In this document: positions 23,162 through 34,100 of the stretch, piece after piece
Position numbering within the stretch: position 1 is the first letter of the stretch
Layout of the letters: every line of letters starts with the position of its first letter
NCBI GenBank assembly: GCA_001801055.1
Contig: MGWP01000012.1
Location: 1 to 56,024, forward strand
Length of the DNA stretch: 56,024 nt
From: Gallionellales bacterium GWA2_55_18
GTDB lineage: Bacteria; Pseudomonadota; Gammaproteobacteria; Burkholderiales; Gallionellaceae
Direction of reading: 5' to 3'
Translations under genes and position numbers: made by a program
The notes under the pieces: generated by a model
The model's input: only the letters and a program-made list of their open reading frames with translations
Told to the model about the DNA's origin: nothing
Database searches by the model: none

Positions 23162-23740
23162 TTAAGTGCTTAGCAGTATATACCAAGGGAAAAGCGCCAA
23201 AACAAGTTGCGTTAACCAATCCATACGTTGCATCCAATCAATTGTCTGGCTGGCAACCACATGTGACCGAACAAACCATATAAAGCCAATAATTGGCACA
23301 CTTAAGAATGCAACAGAATGCACCCATGCAACGGTCTCATCAGCAGGGTTAATAAACAACCAAATCGCAATAGAAGCTCCTACTGCAAGGTTTAATTGTG
23401 ATGAGCGAAGGAGCAATATCCCATCGGGGTAGTTATGCACAACCTCTCGAAAATATTGCTGAATTGACCAACCACTCCAACCTAAAGCTGATTCTGACCG
23501 AGCATCTATCTTTACTCCCAAATACATCAGCAAAGATCCTAAACACATCCAAAGCGATCCGGTAACCAGCTTGGCAACCATGTCACCAAAAACTGACTGC
23601 ATCAACAAACCTAAACCACAGATTGCTCTACACGTGTGTCCTGTTGCTGGTTGAACTGATTCGTACCCGAGCAAATAACGCACACCGACATATAGACCGA
23701 AGAGGCCAAGCAAAAATATGAACGGTTTAACCCCTCGCAT
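23162..23740 (-). CDS. AT-rich hypothetical membrane protein
   Basis: Fills the glyA-ribD gap; several hydrophobic segments; visibly lower GC than its neighbours. Confidence 0.55.
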   Translation of the reverse strand: MRGVKPFIFLLGLFGLYVGVRYLLGYESVQPATGHTCRAICGLGLLMQSVFGDMVAKLVTGSLWMCLGSLLMYLGVKIDARSESALGWSGWSIQQYFREVVHNYPDGILLLRSSQLNLAVGASIAIWLFINPADETVAWVHSVAFLSVPIIGFIWFVRSHVVASQTIDWMQRMDWLTQLVLALFPWYILLST

Positions 23741-23760
23741 GTGTAATCATTACATCTTGC

Positions 23761-25008
23761 TCAAACCCCGTAGACCGGAAACTGCATGGTCAGTTTTTTC
23801 ACTTCGCCGATCACGCGCGCGATCACCGCATCGTCATTCGGCGCGTCCAGCACGTCGGCGATCAGATGCGCGAGTTTTTCCGCTTCCAGTTCCTTGAAGC
23901 CGCGCGTGGTCATCGCCGGGCTGCCGATGCGGATGCCGCTGGTCACGAACGGTTTCTGCGGGTCGTTGGGAATGGCGTTCTTGTTCACCGTGATATGCGC
24001 GCGTCCCAGCGCGGCTTCGGCATCCTTGCCGGTGATGTTTTTGGCCTGCAAATCCACCAGGAACAAATGGCTGTCGGTGCGCCCGGAGACGATGCGCAGG
24101 CCGCGCTCGTGCAGCACCATCGCCATCACGCGCGCATTGTCCACCACCTGCTTCTGGTAGGCCTTGAATTCCTTACTGGCCGCTTCCTTGAACGCGACTG
24201 CCTTGGCGGCGATCACGTGCATCAGCGGGCCGCCCTGAATGCCGGGGAAGATCGCCGAGTTCAGCACTTTTTCAAATTCCGCCTTGGCGAGAATAAAGCC
24301 GCCGCGCGGGCCGCGCATGGTTTTGTGGGTGGTGCTGGTGACGAAATCCGCGATACCGACCGGGCTGGGGTACACGCCCGCCGCGATCAACCCGGCATAG
24401 TGCGCCATGTCCACGAACAGATACGCGCCGACGCTGTCGGCAATCGCGCGAAAACGCTTCCAGTCGATCACCAGGGCGTAGGCCGAAGCGCCTGCCACGA
24501 TCATCTTTGGCTTATGCGCCGTCGCCAATGCCTGTACCTGGTCGTAGTCAATTTCCTCGTTTTTATCCAGGCCATACTGGATGGCGTTATACAGCTTGCC
24601 GCTGGCATTGACCGACGCGCCGTGCGTCAAATGCCCGCCATGCGCCAGCGACAGGCCGAGTATCGTGTCGCCGGGTTTCAGCACCGACATATATACCGCC
24701 TGATTGGCCTGCGAACCGGAATTCGGCTGCACGTTGGCGTACTCCGCGCCAAACAGCGCCTTCAAGCGGTCGATCGCCAGTTGCTCGGCCACGTCCACAT
24801 ATTCGCAGCCGCCGTAATAACGCTTGCCGGGATAGCCCTCGGCATACTTGTTGGTCAATTGGCTGCCCTGCGCTTCCATCACCGCCGGGCTGGCGTAATT
24901 TTCCGAGGCGATCAGCTCGATATGGTCTTCCTGGCGGCGGTTTTCGTTCTGGATCACGTCCCACAGTTCCGGGTCGGCATGGGCGATGGTGTTTTGTCTG
25001 GAGAACAT
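23761..25008 (-). CDS. glyA: Serine hydroxymethyltransferase
   Basis: [41 protein letters not shown]. Confidence 0.98.
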   Translation of the reverse strand: MFSRQNTIAHADPELWDVIQNENRRQEDHIELIASENYASPAVMEAQGSQLTNKYAEGYPGKRYYGGCEYVDVAEQLAIDRLKALFGAEYANVQPNSGSQANQAVYMSVLKPGDTILGLSLAHGGHLTHGASVNASGKLYNAIQYGLDKNEEIDYDQVQALATAHKPKMIVAGASAYALVIDWKRFRAIADSVGAYLFVDMAHYAGLIAAGVYPSPVGIADFVTSTTHKTMRGPRGGFILAKAEFEKVLNSAIFPGIQGGPLMHVIAAKAVAFKEAASKEFKAYQKQVVDNARVMAMVLHERGLRIVSGRTDSHLFLVDLQAKNITGKDAEAALGRAHITVNKNAIPNDPQKPFVTSGIRIGSPAMTTRGFKELEAEKLAHLIADVLDAPNDDAVIARVIGEVKKLTMQFPVYGV

Positions 25009-25179
25009 GGCGTTTATTCCTGAAATATTGAAAACGGGAAAGATGCGAATTCTACCATGTCGGGCGAAAAGGCCGCGACGTCCGCCAGCGGTTATTCTAT
25101 GGATACGTCACGATGCATTTGTTGTGAATTTAAGAGTTGCGCATCGGCCCGATTGTCTGTTAGATTTTGCCCTGCTGTC

Positions 25180-25328
25180 TTAAGGGAGCCTCTAAAAATC
25201 CATATTTCATCCCAACTGTTGCGTTGCGTAAAAAATTTCTTGCTTACATATCAAACATATGCGACGCGGCGAAATTTTTTACGCGCCTTGCATTTGGGCG
25301 AACTCTGAATTTTTAGAGGCTCCCTTAA
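25180..25328. mobile_element. MITE-like element with TTAA ends
   Basis: Perfect 20-bp terminal inverted repeat TTAAGGGAGCCTCTAAAAAT, plus an inner hairpin GCGTAAAAAATTTC/GAAATTTTTTACGC. Confidence 0.85.
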
Positions 25329-25361
25329 CAGCACGCCACCAAACCAACTCAGGGAGAAAAC

Positions 25362-26069
25362 ATGTTCAAGAAGCAATTCGCGGCCTTGCTGGCCGCCGCC
25401 GCATTCGCTATGCCCATGGCTGCCCATGCCAGCAGCGACCATGCTCACGGCGATGCTGCCGTAGCACAAGCCTTTATCAAGGAAATTCAGGCCGACCAGA
25501 CCGCCTATGCCGCAACCAAGGGCACCGCTTTTTTCAAGGAACTGTCCAAGGGACAGACACCGCGTGCCACCGTCGTGACTTGCTCTGACTCGCGCGTTCA
25601 TACCAACATGCTCGACAAGACGCCCGAGGGCGACCTGTTCATGGTGCGCAATATCGGCAACCAGATGGCTACCTCCAAGGGTTCCGTGCAATACGGCGTG
25701 AACCATCTGGCTTCTTCGCTGCTGCTGGTTATCGGCCATTCTTCCTGCGGCGCGATCAAGGCTGCCGGTGGCGATTACTCGACGCTGGAAGAGCCGATCA
25801 AGAAGGAGCTGGATACCATCAATATCACCAAGGGCAGCGCCAATATCGACGGCGTGAAGACCAACGTCAATAACCAGGTTGCCGCCGCACTCAAGGAATG
25901 GGCGGACAAGGTTAAAAAAGGCGAGTTGCTGGTAGTTGGCGCGGTGTATGACTTTGCCGACGACATGAAGCAAGGCGCAGGCAAGCTCAACATCATCAAC
26001 ATCAACGGCGAGACCGATCCGGCCAAGCTGCGCAATATGCCCGCACCGGCGGCAAAAGCGGCGCATTAG
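25362..26069 (+). CDS. Exported beta-class carbonic anhydrase
   Basis: Sec signal ending AHA; CSDSRV, VRNIGN and GHSSCGA zinc ligands. Confidence 0.92.
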   Translation: MFKKQFAALLAAAAFAMPMAAHASSDHAHGDAAVAQAFIKEIQADQTAYAATKGTAFFKELSKGQTPRATVVTCSDSRVHTNMLDKTPEGDLFMVRNIGNQMATSKGSVQYGVNHLASSLLLVIGHSSCGAIKAAGGDYSTLEEPIKKELDTINITKGSANIDGVKTNVNNQVAAALKEWADKVKKGELLVVGAVYDFADDMKQGAGKLNIININGETDPAKLRNMPAPAAKAAH

Positions 26070-26091
26070 CATTTTTAAGGATGCGATGACA

Positions 26092-26117
26092 ACAAAGCCG
26101 GCGCAAGCCGGCTTTGT
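26092..26117 (+). terminator. Rho-independent terminator
   Basis: ACAAAGCCGGC-GCAA-GCCGGCTTTGT. Confidence 0.75.
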
Positions 26118-26232
26118 AATTTATGCGCCTTCCTGATCCGCCATACCGGACGGCTTATATGAATGCTCATGCGCATCAAATATAATCGCGCCTCTTTCTG
26201 AACAGATACGCCTCTTTCGGCACGGTAAAAAT

Positions 26233-27408
26233 ATGATCCTGATAACCGGCAGTGCAGGCTTCATCGGCGCAAACTTTGTCCTGGACTGGCTTGCGCAGCA
26301 TGACGAAACCGTTGTTGGTCTGGACAAGCTGACCTACGCGGGCAATCTGGAAAGCCTTGCGTCCCTCAAGGACGATCCGCGCCATATTTTTGTGCGCGGC
26401 GATATCGGCGATGCGGAATTGGTGGGGCAGTTGCTGAAACAACACCGCCCGCGCGCCGTCATCAATTTTGCGGCGGAAAGCCATGTGGACCGTTCCATCC
26501 ACGGCCCGGAGGATTTCATCCAGACCAACATCGTCGGCACCTTTCATTTGCTGGAGGCAGTGCGCGCCTATTGGCAAAACCTCCCCTCTCCCGCGGGCGG
26601 GAGAGGGGCTGGGGGGCGAGAAGGGGAATTCACGGAGCATGCTCCGTGCCCTTCAAGCGGTTCCGGAATGCAGTCCGGAACACGCTCTGCAAGAGAGGGT
26701 GTCATTCAAGATAGCTTCCGCTTCCTGCATGTTTCCACCGATGAAGTGTATGGCTCGCTTGCCAAAGGCGATCCCGCTTTCGGCGAAACGCACCGTTACG
26801 AGCCGAACAGCCCGTATTCCGCCAGCAAGGCCGCCAGCGACCATCTGGTGCGCGCCTACCATCACACCTATGGGTTGCCGGTGCTGACCACCAACTGCTC
26901 CAACAACTATGGCCCGTATCACTTTCCCGAGAAACTCATCCCATTGATGATCGTCAATGCCCTCGCGGAAAAACCGCTGCCGGTGTATGGCGACGGGCAG
27001 CAAATCCGCGACTGGCTGTATGTCAAAGATCATTGCAGCGCGATCCGCTGTGTGCTGGAAAAAGGCAGGCCGGGCGAGGTTTACAACGTGGGCGGCTGGA
27101 ACGAAAAAGCCAACCTCGATATCGTGCATATCATCTGCACCTTGCTCGACGAACTGCGCCCGCGCAAGGACAGCCAGTCATACCGTGAACAGATTTCCTT
27201 TGTTGCCGACCGCCCCGGCCATGACCGCCGCTATGCGATCGATGCGCGCAAGATTGAGCGTGAACTGGGCTGGAAACCAACCGAGACTTTCGAGACCGGT
27301 ATCCGCAAGACCGTGCAATGGTATCTCGACAATCAGGGCTGGGTGAATAACGTGCAGTCCGGGAACTACCGGCAATGGGTTGAGAAAAACTACGCGGGGC
27401 GGGGTTGA
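26233..27408 (+). CDS. rfbB: dTDP-glucose 4,6-dehydratase with an in-frame composite repeat insert
   Basis: [50 protein letters not shown]. Confidence 0.97.
   Translation: MILITGSAGFIGANFVLDWLAQHDETVVGLDKLTYAGNLESLASLKDDPRHIFVRGDIGDAELVGQLLKQHRPRAVINFAAESHVDRSIHGPEDFIQTNIVGTFHLLEAVRAYWQNLPSPAGGRGAGGREGEFTEHAPCPSSGSGMQSGTRSAREGVIQDSFRFLHVSTDEVYGSLAKGDPAFGETHRYEPNSPYSASKAASDHLVRAYHHTYGLPVLTTNCSNNYGPYHFPEKLIPLMIVNALAEKPLPVYGDGQQIRDWLYVKDHCSAIRCVLEKGRPGEVYNVGGWNEKANLDIVHIICTLLDELRPRKDSQSYREQISFVADRPGHDRRYAIDARKIERELGWKPTETFETGIRKTVQWYLDNQGWVNNVQSGNYRQWVEKNYAGRG
26581..26700. repeat. CCCCTCTCCC repeat with a nested ~78-bp two-hairpin element
   Basis: CCCCTCTCCCGCGGGCGGGAGAGGGGCTGGGGG[insert ~26616-26693]AGAGGG. 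Confidence 0.82.
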
Positions 27409-28304
27409 TGAGAATCCTCCTGTTTGGCAAAAACGGCCAGGTAGGATGGGAATTGCAACGCAGTCTTGCACCGCTCGGTGAGCTGGTCGCGCTGGATGCC
27501 GACAGCCGCGAGTTGTGCGGAGATTTCACCGATCCAGATGGCCTCATTCAGACGATCCGCGCCGTGGCACCGGATGTGATCGTCAATGCTGCCGCCCATA
27601 CGGCGGTGGACAAGGCGGAGAGCGAGCCAGAGTTGGCGCGTACTATCAACGCACTGGCGCCCGGTGTGCTGGCGCAGGAAGCCAAACGCGGCAACGCCTG
27701 GCTGATTCATTACTCCACCGACTATGTGTTCGACGGCAGTGGCAACCAGCCCTGGCGTGAGACAGATGCTACCGCACCGCTCAGCGTGTATGGCAAAACC
27801 AAGCTGGAAGGCGAGCAACTCATCCGGCAATCTGGCTGCAAACACCTCATTTTCCGCACCAGTTGGGTGTATGGCACGCGCGGCGGCAACTTCGCCAAGA
27901 CCATGCTGCGGCTGGCGCAGGAGCGCGACAGCCTTGCAGTCGTCAACGACCAGGTCGGTGCGCCCACCGGTGCGGACCTGCTGGCCGACGTTACCGCCCA
28001 CGCCATCCGCGCCGCGCGACCGGAACTGTCAGGCCTGTATCACCTGGCTGCTGCGGGCGAAACCTCATGGTACGGCTATGCCAGTTTCGTTATCGATTTC
28101 GCAAGACGCGCAGGTGTGCCGCTCAAAACCACACCCGATGCCATACAGGCAGCGCCCAGCAGTGATTTCTCTTTACCAGCTTGCCGTCCGCTCAACTCGC
28201 GCTTGGATACTGCGAAGCTGCAAAGCACCTTTGGCTTGACCTTACCGGTGTGGCAAAATGGCGTGACGCATATGCTCACAGAAATCCTGGATAAACAACC
28301 ATGA
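27408..28304 (+). CDS. rfbD: dTDP-4-dehydrorhamnose reductase
   Basis: [35 protein letters not shown]. Confidence 0.96.
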   Translation: MRILLFGKNGQVGWELQRSLAPLGELVALDADSRELCGDFTDPDGLIQTIRAVAPDVIVNAAAHTAVDKAESEPELARTINALAPGVLAQEAKRGNAWLIHYSTDYVFDGSGNQPWRETDATAPLSVYGKTKLEGEQLIRQSGCKHLIFRTSWVYGTRGGNFAKTMLRLAQERDSLAVVNDQVGAPTGADLLADVTAHAIRAARPELSGLYHLAAAGETSWYGYASFVIDFARRAGVPLKTTPDAIQAAPSSDFSLPACRPLNSRLDTAKLQSTFGLTLPVWQNGVTHMLTEILDKQP

Positions 28305-29194
28305 CCCAACGCAAAGGTATCATCCTCGCAGGTGGCTCCGGCACCCGCCTGCACCCCGTCACTTTGGCGGTATCCAAACAGCTCCTGCCGATCTACGATA
28401 AACCGATGATCTACTATCCGCTGTCGACGCTGATGCTGGCGGGGATACGCGATATCCTGATCATTTCTACGCCGCAGGACACGCCGCGTTTCGAGCAGTT
28501 GCTGGGCGACGGCAGCGCATGGGGACTGAATCTGCAATATGCCGTACAACCTTCGCCGGATGGCTTGGCGCAGGCGTTTATCATCGGCCGTGAATTCATC
28601 GGCAACCACCCTTCCGCGCTGGTGCTGGGTGACAATATTTTTTATGGGCATTCCTTCCATCGGCAATTGCAGAACGCCGCCAGCCGCGATCAAGGGGCGT
28701 CGATTTTTGCTTATCATGTGCGCGACCCGGAGCGTTATGGGGTAGTGGAATTCGATGACAACGGGCACGCCATTTCTCTGGAAGAAAAACCTGCAAAGCC
28801 AAAGTCAAACTATGCCGTCACCGGCCTGTATTTTTACGATAATTCGGTAGTGGATATTGCCGCCAATCTCCAGCCCTCTCCGCGCGGCGAGCTGGAAATC
28901 ACCGATGTCAACCGCATCTATCTGGAGCGCGGCAAATTAGCCGTCGAAATGATGGGGCGCGGCTATGCATGGCTGGATACCGGCACGCATGAATCGCTGC
29001 TCGAAGCCAGCCAGTTCATACAGACCGTCGAACGTCGCCAAGGGTTGAAAATTGCCTGCCCTGAAGAAATAGCCTACCGCGAGGGATTCATCGATGCCGC
29101 ACAACTGGAAAAGCTTGCAGTGCCGTTGCTGAAGAGCGGCTATGGTGACTACCTGATGCAGGTGCTGGCCGAGAAAACCACCAAGCGGTTATGA
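28301..29194 (+). CDS. rfbA: Glucose-1-phosphate thymidylyltransferase
   Basis: [33 protein letters not shown]. Confidence 0.97.
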   Translation: MTQRKGIILAGGSGTRLHPVTLAVSKQLLPIYDKPMIYYPLSTLMLAGIRDILIISTPQDTPRFEQLLGDGSAWGLNLQYAVQPSPDGLAQAFIIGREFIGNHPSALVLGDNIFYGHSFHRQLQNAASRDQGASIFAYHVRDPERYGVVEFDDNGHAISLEEKPAKPKSNYAVTGLYFYDNSVVDIAANLQPSPRGELEITDVNRIYLERGKLAVEMMGRGYAWLDTGTHESLLEASQFIQTVERRQGLKIACPEEIAYREGFIDAAQLEKLAVPLLKSGYGDYLMQVLAEKTTKRL

Positions 29195-29224
29195 CGCCTT
29201 GGATAAACCTAGAAAAATCAGTTG

Positions 29225-29354
29225 TCCACGAAAGGCACGAAAAAATACAAACAGATTCAAATGTATGCAAATGTTAGCAGCATCACCTGATCGGTGAGTA
29301 GCCAAGGCTGAGTAACAAATTGATTTATTTTGTGACTTTCGTGTTTTTCGTGGA
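29225..29354. repeat. Intergenic inverted-repeat element (CCACGAAA...TTTCGTGG)
   Basis: TCCACGAAAGGCACGAAA ... TTTCGTGTTTTTCGTGGA, between convergent genes. Confidence 0.6.
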
Positions 29355-29393
29355 TGAAAAGAGCTATTGGCGGCGCTGGAGATTTGAGGGTTC

Positions 29394-30128
29394 TCAAAAG
29401 CTGTTTTTCAGCCGCTGCATGCTGTTTATATAGCGCTGCAACAAAATATTGGCCGAGCCGCTGAGATTGATGAACTGGCATCCTGCACGCTTGACCGCCT
29501 GCCCGGATTTGGTAGGTAATGAAAACAGGCTCCTCACTATTATCGTGACACTGATTGTGCCCATGTCGTGCAATTTGATTTGGCAATTTTCATAAGTTTT
29601 CCCCTGCACAAGTTCGGCCTCACCCTCTGCGTAGGTCAGTTTCATGCCTCCTGCGCTGATATCCATCAGGTTCACTTCGCACGACTGTCCAGACTTTGGT
29701 TCGCCTGCCGGAATGATGCAGCACAAAGGTTTTGCGGATGGAATATCGAGCCGAAAACTTTCCCTTCGCTGCAACCGGTAAATAGTTTTGGGCAATGGCA
29801 GATGAAAGGCGGCATAACCCTGATACTCCATGCCGCGTATCTGATTGGCGGCAAACTGCACCTTGACCTCCAAATGAGTGCTGACAAGCAACAAGTTGCC
29901 GCTTTCGAGAATACGTTGATTGTCGAGGCCATTTGCGGCCTGCTCCAACCATAAACCTTTGTCGCTGACTCCCAGCAGCGTGGTCAGGATAAAGTAACTG
30001 CCATCAACGTAATAAAGCGCAACGCGAGTTGCATTTTCGACAATATGTTTCAATACCGATACAATTTCTTTGGCCGAAACGATACCATGCTCATTTTCCT
30101 CTCCGCGCGAAAGAGTTTCATATTTCAT
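29394..30128 (-). CDS. YcgR/PilZ c-di-GMP-binding flagellar brake-like protein
   Basis: QRRESFR and DISAGG PilZ motifs, with an N-terminal YcgR-like domain. Confidence 0.88.
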   Translation of the reverse strand: MKYETLSRGEENEHGIVSAKEIVSVLKHIVENATRVALYYVDGSYFILTTLLGVSDKGLWLEQAANGLDNQRILESGNLLLVSTHLEVKVQFAANQIRGMEYQGYAAFHLPLPKTIYRLQRRESFRLDIPSAKPLCCIIPAGEPKSGQSCEVNLMDISAGGMKLTYAEGEAELVQGKTYENCQIKLHDMGTISVTIIVRSLFSLPTKSGQAVKRAGCQFINLSGSANILLQRYINSMQRLKNSF

Positions 30129-30198
30129 GGGACTATTTCACTCATATTCTTGAAAGACTAAAAGGCATTTGTCCGCAGATTAAACAGTCCGCTTTAAC

Positions 30199-31116
30199 TC
30201 ACTGAATGTAACAACTTGCTCCAGGTTCTGTTTGAAGTATTGGCGCTACGTTATTGCTCCGTATTGTCGAATTTCCAGAATCGTCCGGTGCTGGCGTCCC
30301 CTGAGTTGGCGCAGTGGACGCTGTTGTTGCGCGCTGCTGCGACGAAGACAAGATCCCTGCTTTCTCGACGACGACGAGTGTCGCCTGGTTGGCTGGTCCG
30401 GCCCCGTTTGTTGCAGGCCTTGGCTGATTCGGCGTATTTGCGGCAGCGGGGTCGGCTTGCTTTTTCTTCTCGTCCAGCTTCGGAATCACAGTTGGCGGCG
30501 TGAAGCCGATGCCCGGATCGCGCGGCAGCAGCACCGGCCGTAGTCCGGCCGGCGCATACACCACCTGTCCCGCCGCCACAGTCAGGCGGCCTTGGGGATT
30601 GGTGACCTGCATCGCACCGAAGCGCACCGCCAGATACGTCCCATCCTTCAGCGCCCCGCAGTTACCCTGACAGACCCGAATGTCATATCGGGTGCCGCGG
30701 ATGCCGATGGTGGCGGTCTGGGTCTTGAGTTCGTAGGCATCCTGGTTGCCGCGCTTGCCGATGAGTCCGGTCACCGTGCGCAGGCCGCCTTTCAGCATGC
30801 TGAAGATGAAGTTGTCTTCGACCGGTTTGGCCTCGACGAACTTGTAGCTCTCCACCCTGAGTTGTGAGTCCGGGCGCAGTACCATCTCGCCGCCGTCGGT
30901 CATTTCCACGCGGACATAGCCTCCCGCACCGGTGATCACCGTGTCGCCGACGCTGACTTTGACCCCGGCCGCGCCGGGAAGAACCCTGCCATCGACCTTC
31001 TGTACCGACACTGCTCCGGACAGGTGGGTGAGCGTGCCGTCGGCCCAGGCAGGAAGGGCGGCGAGCAGGAGCAACAGGGCGGCAAGGGCGGACAGATGGG
31101 TGGTGTTCGGTTTCAT
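30199..31116 (-). CDS. Exported FecR-domain protein
   Basis: Signal peptide ending AWA, GDTVITG, KGGLRTVTGLIGK, TATIGIRGT. Confidence 0.85.
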   Translation of the reverse strand: MKPNTTHLSALAALLLLLAALPAWADGTLTHLSGAVSVQKVDGRVLPGAAGVKVSVGDTVITGAGGYVRVEMTDGGEMVLRPDSQLRVESYKFVEAKPVEDNFIFSMLKGGLRTVTGLIGKRGNQDAYELKTQTATIGIRGTRYDIRVCQGNCGALKDGTYLAVRFGAMQVTNPQGRLTVAAGQVVYAPAGLRPVLLPRDPGIGFTPPTVIPKLDEKKKQADPAAANTPNQPRPATNGAGPANQATLVVVEKAGILSSSQQRATTASTAPTQGTPAPDDSGNSTIRSNNVAPILQTEPGASCYIQ

Positions 31117-31118
31117 CG

Positions 31119-34100
31119 TCATCCCCCTTTGCGGCACACCAGTGCCTGGCCCATCGGTCGGTCGATTTGGATGATCTCCTCGACGGGCCTCCGTATCACG
31201 AAATTGGCGACGGTGATGGTCTGGATCATCGAGACGATGGCGTCGGTGACGGTGGTGGTCGTGGTGGAGGTACCGCTGCTGGTCGTCGAAACCGTTGTTT
31301 GCGTCTCGGTCGTGCCGGATGGGGCCGTCGTGGTGGTCATCGTGGTGGTCATCGTGGTCGGCGCCAGCACGGTGGTCTGGATCATCGAGGCGATGGCGTC
31401 GGTGACGGTGGTGGTCGTGGTGGAAGTCGTGACCGGCGGAGGCGGCACTGCGGTGATGGTGAGCGTACCGTCGATGTAGGCTAGGCTATAGTTGTTCGCG
31501 GTCAAGCCAGTGGGCGTAATGGCGTAGCTGCCGGCGTTGACGGCGCCCTGTGCCGTGCCGCCGTAGCCGAGCGTACCGGAAAGCACGGAACTGTTCTCGC
31601 CATTGACGAAGCCGACGTAGCTGACGCCATTGCCGCCGCTGTAGGCGAAGCCGTCGTAGGTCTTGCCGGCGGCGTTGGCGGTGACGGTCAGTGGTGCCGG
31701 GGTAATGGTGGCGACCTGCGTGCCGCCGGTGAAGGTGTAGTTGCTGGCTAGGCCGTTGGTGCCATTGCCCAGCGCGAGGGTGTTCAGGGTAACCGGCTTG
31801 TTGGCGCCGACGTTGGGGTTGGCGAGGATGCCGACGCCGCTGAGCGTGAGGTCTTGACCGCTCACCAGACCGCTCAGCGTGAAGATGTTTGCATTTACAT
31901 TGGTCGTGCCGTCGTAGGCGCGCGTGCCGTTCAAGCTGATTGCGCTCAGGGCGACGGGGTTGATGGTCAGGTTTCCGCCAGTGAGGTCATAGCCTTGCTG
32001 GTTGGAATAATAGCCATTATAAAAACCCGCATTGGTTCCCGTGGCGGCTACACCAAAGAAATTACCAATGTCGGGCATGCTACTTGCGCCGCTTTGCGCC
32101 ATACCGTTGTACGTCACGGCCACATCCGGCGCGTCGGCAAGCGTCAGGGGTGTCAAGAAGCTGGTGAGCAAGGGCGCGCTATGGCCTTCATAGATGCGCC
32201 ACACGGCACCGCTGCCGCCGGTGTTGGCGATGTCCCATCCCGCAGCAGTGAAGTTCGACATCGCCGTCATCTGGGCGGTGGATAGCCCTGTCTCAGGTCC
32301 GCTGCTAGTTGCACGGCCGGATGCTTGAACATCCCAGTAGTTGTTGTTGCTGGCGAACCCTTCTTCCCAACCAATCAACCCGCCGCCATTGCTGCCGCCA
32401 GCAGCAACGGCGTTGGTGCTGTAGGAAGTGTCAACTATGTTCCAGTTGGCACCCACCAGCCCACCAAAATACGAAGTCCCACTCACCGTGCCGCCGCTGG
32501 AATAGGTATCCGTAATGGTGCCGCTATTTTCGCCTGCCAAGCCGCCGACATACCGATTACTACCCACTGTGACGCCGCTGGAATAACTGTTGCTGATACT
32601 GCCATTGTTATACCCCACCAAGCCGCCGACATCGCTGTTTCCGCCATTAACCGTGCCGCCGCTGACATAAGAGTTGCTGATATTGCCGTTGTTCGTACCC
32701 GCTAAAGCACCAACAAAATCGCTCCCAATAACATTGCTAGTCAACAAGCCCAGGTTGCTCACCGTGCCGCCCGTCGCTATGTTGCCGAACAAGCCTACAT
32801 AACCAGCCGCCGGACGATTGATAGCGAGATTGCTGATGGTGTGGTTCAGCCCGTTAAACGTGCCGGTGAATTGAGTGGTGACATCCCCGATCGGCGCAAA
32901 GCCGCTGGTAATGCCCGTAGCCACCGTCAGCGTAGCACCGCCGACCCCGGCGACACTCGCTGTACCCCATATGTCATTGGGATTGGCAAGGGCTGCGGCG
33001 AGGTCAAGGTCGTTCGCCAAGGTATAATTCGCGGCCAAATTCATACCGATCAACTGCAACTGGTGCGCGTTGCTGATCGTGGTGCTGTATTCCATGCGCA
33101 GGATGGGACGGGTGCTGCCTTCGACCATGTACCATTTATTGGTAAAGTCCCATTGCCCACCAGCTTGCGGATAGGTTGCTTGCGTCATCATTGCGGTGGT
33201 GGTTAAACCTGTGCCGACTGCGGAAGTTGCCCAGCCTGATGTTATGGTATCCCAGAAATTGTTGCTGACCGTGCCGCCTGCATTCATCCCCACCAGCCCG
33301 CCGACATTGCTGGTACCGGTCACACCGCCCGTGCTGTAGGAGTTGGTGATTGTGCCGGTATTGCCACCCACCAGCCCGCCGACATTTGACGCGCTGCCGC
33401 TCACTGTGCCGGTGCTGTAGGAGCTGTAGATTGCGCCGCCATTATTCCCTAACAGCCCGCCGACATTGTTGGCACCGCTCACTGTGCCGGTGCTGTAGGA
33501 ATAGTAGATTGCGGCGCTGCCGGAGGCGTTCCCTCCCACCAGCCCGCCGACATAGTTGCCGCTGCCGCTGCTGACTGTGCCTGTGCTGTAGGAACTGACA
33601 ACTGTGGCTGTGTTATAGCCCACCAGCCCGCCGACATAGCCGGTGGTTCCGATGCCGGTCACAGTGCCGGTGCTGTAGGAATTGGTGATTGTGCCAGTAC
33701 CGTTAAGCCCCGCCAGCCCGCCGACCTGATTGCGGCCGGTTATACTGCCGCCAACCAGCCCGACATTGCGGATAGTTCCATTCGTATATCCGAAAAGACC
33801 GACATTATCTGTGGCAGGCCTGTTTATAGTCAGCCATGTAAGGGTATGCCCGAGCCCGTCAAAGTTGCCGGTGAATGTGCCCACAGGCAGAAAGCCCGCG
33901 TAAGTGGTGCCGCTGACAAAATTCCAAGTTGACGTTGCCGTCGCGTCGATATTGCTGCCCAACGCATAGTTCGCGGCCAGTCCGCCATTCATCCCTTGCA
34001 AATCCATAGCCGTGACGCTACCCGCCGCACCCAGGCTGGTGATAACGGTGTAGTTTTTGGCGGGGCTGCCCGCCGAACCCAGCTTGGTGCTGAAATTATT

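Noticed and set aside
25009-25180. Riboswitch upstream of glyA or the rib genes
   Set aside because: No recognisable glycine, ZTP or FMN aptamer consensus by eye; an Rfam scan would be decisive
33290-33730. Regularly spaced GTGCTGTAGGA / CCAGCCCGCCGACA repeats as a possible CRISPR array
   Set aside because: These are in-frame GLUG-type repeats of TpsA; the spacers are homologous and there are no cas genes
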